From Oscillospiraceae bacterium (GTDB taxonomy: Bacteria; Bacillota; Clostridia; Oscillospirales; Ruminococcaceae), in the NCBI GenBank assembly GCA_025757985.1, contig CP107210.1, positions 1,476,774 to 1,508,773 of the forward strand: 32,000 nucleotides of DNA, read 5' to 3'. The notes beneath the pieces were generated by a model, which ran no database searches, had not been told where the DNA came from, and saw only the letters and a list, made by a program, of their open reading frames with translations. This document shows positions 31,529 to 32,000 of this stretch, in pieces (position 1 is the stretch's first letter; each line of letters begins with the position of its first letter). The position numbers were made by a program, and so were the translations under genes.

Positions 31529-32000
31529 TTATTTCTTCCGTGATATGCGAATTGCAGACAGCTTTCCCGCCGTTACCAGCAGCACCGGCAGGGCGTAGGC
31601 GATGTACTGCGCTGCACCGCCGTAGGCAATCAGCAGGTTGTAGATGGCGTGCAGGGTGATCGCCGCGCCCAGCAGCCCGCAGGTTCCGGCAATCTTCAGC
31701 CATGTCCGCTGCCATGAGTAGGCAAGCCCGGCGCCCACAATAATACCGCACAAAACGTGCATGGCACCCGTACCGAAGCCCCGAAAAAAGATGAACGAGA
31801 ATCGGTCGGCGCCGTTTTGGATGAGGTAGCACACGTTTTCAAAGGTGGCAAAGGCGAGCGCGACTGTGACGGCGGCGGGCTTGATTTTCTCGCTCTCCGG
31901 CTCAAACACCAGCAAGTAGAATGCCAGCGGCAGCAACTTCATAATTTCCTCCACCACAGGTGCGATCTCTGCCGTGGCGGCAAGGGCGTCTGCATGACAG
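31529..32000 (-). CDS. PrsW/CPBP-like intramembrane protease, N-terminus beyond the window edge
   Basis: Motifs are PVVEEIMK (E-E-x-x-K), FATFENVCY and HAIYN, with several TM helices. The reading frame stays open to position 32000. Confidence 0.6.
   Translation of the reverse strand, partial: CHADALAATAEIAPVVEEIMKLLPLAFYLLVFEPESEKIKPAAVTVALAFATFENVCYLIQNGADRFSFIFFRGFGTGAMHVLCGIIVGAGLAYSWQRTWLKIAGTCGLLGAAITLHAIYNLLIAYGGAAQYIAYALPVLLVTAGKLSAIRISRKK

Noticed and set aside
31180-31832. ORFs 31180-31659 (+), 31295-31489 (+), 31422-31832 (-) and 31696-31905 (-).
   Set aside because: They overlap the PrsW-like gene or its terminator, their products are Arg/Ala/Pro-rich and typical of off-frame GC-rich sequence, and they carry no motifs.
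1-32000. CRISPR arrays, rRNA genes, IS elements with terminal inverted repeats, and a Lon-like brxL.
   Set aside because: I saw no regularly spaced direct repeats, no rRNA-like conserved blocks, no transposase-like ORF, and no ORF with Lon protease or AAA+ motifs anywhere in the window.

Overview
The window holds about 29.8 kb of the integrase-proximal part of an integrative, probably conjugative element with a Tn916/Tn1549-style layout. Its order is a sigma-like regulator and small ORF, then cargo, then an xis-like gene, an RHH gene and a tyrosine integrase. About 2.2 kb of a second mobile-element-like region follows (PAPS-reductase-like fragment, Maff2, PrsW-like protease). The cargo has three compositional layers. 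(1) An orphan BlaI/CopY-type repressor sits ahead of a BREX operon, brxA-brxB-brxC-pglX-pglZ, with no Lon-like brxL. (2) Packed directly behind pglZ, in the centre of the window, are a 1206-aa HEPN-SNF2 helicase, an 898-aa sacsin/NOV-type GHKL ATPase and a 156-aa Cys4 zinc-ribbon protein with an HNH-like layout that lacks the catalytic His. I consider this trio the best candidate for an undescribed defence module or BREX accessory. (3) A very AT-rich block encodes a small alarmone synthetase, cardiolipin synthase, a second PLD-family protein, an intramembrane-sensing two-component system, a FUSC-like membrane protein and a frameshifted CDP-alcohol phosphatidyltransferase. Other notable points are a low-GC specificity cassette inside pglX, two one-base frame breaks in homopolymer runs (A7 at the GHKL/zinc-ribbon junction, T6 in the pgsA-like gene), a terminator-capped structured leader ahead of the excision genes, and a repeat-dense att-like region bracketed by a perfect 15-bp inverted repeat. 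I saw no rRNA, tRNA or CRISPR array. All domain calls come from motif recognition by eye, since no searches were run.
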